From: Oikopleura dioica
Taxonomy: Eukaryota; Animalia; Chordata
Reading direction: 5' to 3'
DNA length: 64,000 nt
NCBI GenBank assembly: GCA_907165135.1
Contig: OU015566.1
Location: 10,168,001-10,232,000 of the forward strand
The notes under the pieces are model-generated. The model worked only from the letters and a program-made list of their open reading frames with translations, was not told the DNA's origin and made no database searches. Shown here one piece after another: positions 62,217 through 64,000 of the stretch. Position numbers and translations under genes: made by a program. The first letter of the stretch is position 1, and each line of letters starts with the position of its first letter.

Positions 62217-63810
62217 AACTAAATTGTCCATTGCTGATGAACATAATGAGAAGAATGCGCCCGAGTATGTGATTACTGATTCGCTCAAAGAAGCTTCCAG
62301 CCAAGAGCAAATGGATGTAGAAATAGCTCAATCTACAGAAAAGAGAGAAGAGGCTGCGGATGACCAAGAAAACGACGAAGAAGATACCGTTGAGCCACCA
62401 ACTGCTGTCGAGCCAGAAGCTGCGGAGCCTTCTACAAGGACGAGACACTCAAGTGGAGAGGTGGAGGAGCTCTATTACCGAAGCTCTGGTTGGGATAGAT
62501 TGCAAGAAGATGACTTCAATTGCTCTGACGAGAATAGGAACAGCTACAAAAATTTCAACTTGTACAAGTCATTTTTAAATAAAATATATAACCGTTAACC
62601 CATTGTTATTTGCACACTTTTTGAGCTTTAAAAAAGTTCCAAATCAGCACAACCTGACACTCGGGACCAAAGAGTGACCACAAAAATTGAGAAAGGCTGG
62701 ACTGATGTTTATTTCGATGACGACAGGGACAGTTAGAAGTTTTCTTTGCTACTTGAAGCACTACAGTTAATCTCATTAATTCAATAGTTCAAGGTGCAGC
62801 GACTGATTATTTCGCGTTAATAAAGCTTAAATCTCAATCTTCTAACCGCGGTCTCAGCAATACGAAAATGAGTTGCAGCGCGCTTGACAATGAAAACTTC
62901 GTTGAAACACTGCCGGATCCACACCATCGGCCTCGTCGCGCTCCTTTCCTAGTTTCACCGCCAAAAGCATCGGAACGAGGATTTACACCTCCGCCTCAGG
63001 AGGACGATAGAGTAAACGAAACCTTGCGAACAGTTGAGGATGATGCTAGCTTTGAGATTTCGCTCAACCACACAGCGCATCACGGTTCGATCAATCTGGA
63101 AAATGACGAGGAGTCGGAGGAACCTTGGAACGATCCTCACACTTTTCCGCCGAAAAGATTTGCTCAAATGGACGTTGCGCCCGAAACTCGCATTCAAATG
63201 ATCAACGAAGAAAATGAAAAGTTCGATCGTCTGCGGAAAGATTATAGCCCGCGGACTAGATACTATTCTTCTGGCTACGATGCCATGCGAACGACTGAAG
63301 TATTCGAACAACGGTTAGTACTTTTACTTGTGCTTACTGTAATTATGCATGCATCTGGGGTGGCTTCTTAGTTTCTTCCTTCCAACTGTCAATTAAACAA
63401 AAGTACCCACCCTAGGCATAATTACAAGAGATAATTATTCATGATTAAAATTTAATCATTTTGTTCATCTCAGAGAGAAGGAGGGGAAGGCCAGACCTGC
63501 GTGGCCTTTCAGAAGGACATCATCAGTGATTGCTGCTAACCGCACCAGCGCCTGCCTTTATCAGCAAAAGTAAATAAATAAACAGTTAAACCAAGAATTT
63601 GCATGCGCAAATTATCACGCTTATCCATCCCATTTAATTTCAATCCATTTTTCATGAAAAAGGTTAAACAATTATTTCTAGGAGCTCTTCTCCTGAGCCG
63701 AACGATTTCGAAGAAAATGCACAGAGCTCTTGGGGCCATTCTATGGACAAAAATGGCGTCCACACTCTTGAGCAGCGCTCTGAACTCGGAATCTCAGGTA
63801 CATTTGGCGA
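62217..63810 (+). CDS. probable further acidic, disordered exons (DBF4 3' extension or separate gene)
   Basis: A GC-AG intron at 62135-62216 would join ..DGFN-R-TKLSIADE in frame. Further open acidic segments lie at 62868-63312 and near 63680-63808. Exon structure is unresolved. Confidence 0.4.
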
Positions 63811-64000
63811 GATGGACATTGACTCCCGTCAGTGACGGGCCGTCACAGCGCTTCATATAATTCGATGATCTAACTGCCTGTTCATTTAACTGTAGCAGTT
63901 CATTCCGCTTATTCGCACTATTGAAACAATTATTTAAAATACACTTGTAAATATCCTAGTCGGTGTTAGCTTCATTTACATGATCACTTTCACAGGACAA

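Overview
Compact eukaryotic (animal) genomic DNA with many 40-100 nt introns, GA-AG non-canonical introns, splice-acceptor-like AGs just upstream of start codons and tightly packed co-oriented genes. This profile fits a larvacean tunicate such as Oikopleura; the organism is inferred, not proven. Gene content left to right: MAK16; a canonical TGY p38 MAPK; a divergent SGY p38 paralog; DLG1/SAP97; a classical cadherin with no prodomain and two mutually exclusive transmembrane exons; an orphan Pro/Gly-rich gene; a galactose-3-O-sulfotransferase; a giant (~22.8 kb, ~7,400 aa, ~150 EGF modules) almost intronless secreted EGF/mucin-like protein ending in a Ly6/uPAR-like domain; two C-type lectins; a PLAC8-domain gene; 4E-T (EIF4ENIF1); an unknown coiled-coil/propeller-like gene; DBF4. 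Two hAT-like non-autonomous elements with 8-bp target-site duplications are present. One is a 860-bp foldback inside a lectin intron. The other is a 462-bp element inside a DBF4 coding exon, placed so it could be spliced out as a new intron. About 16 single-base frameshifts, mostly in short homopolymer runs, most likely reflect assembly error. All calls come from manual reading and remembered family motifs; no database searches were run.
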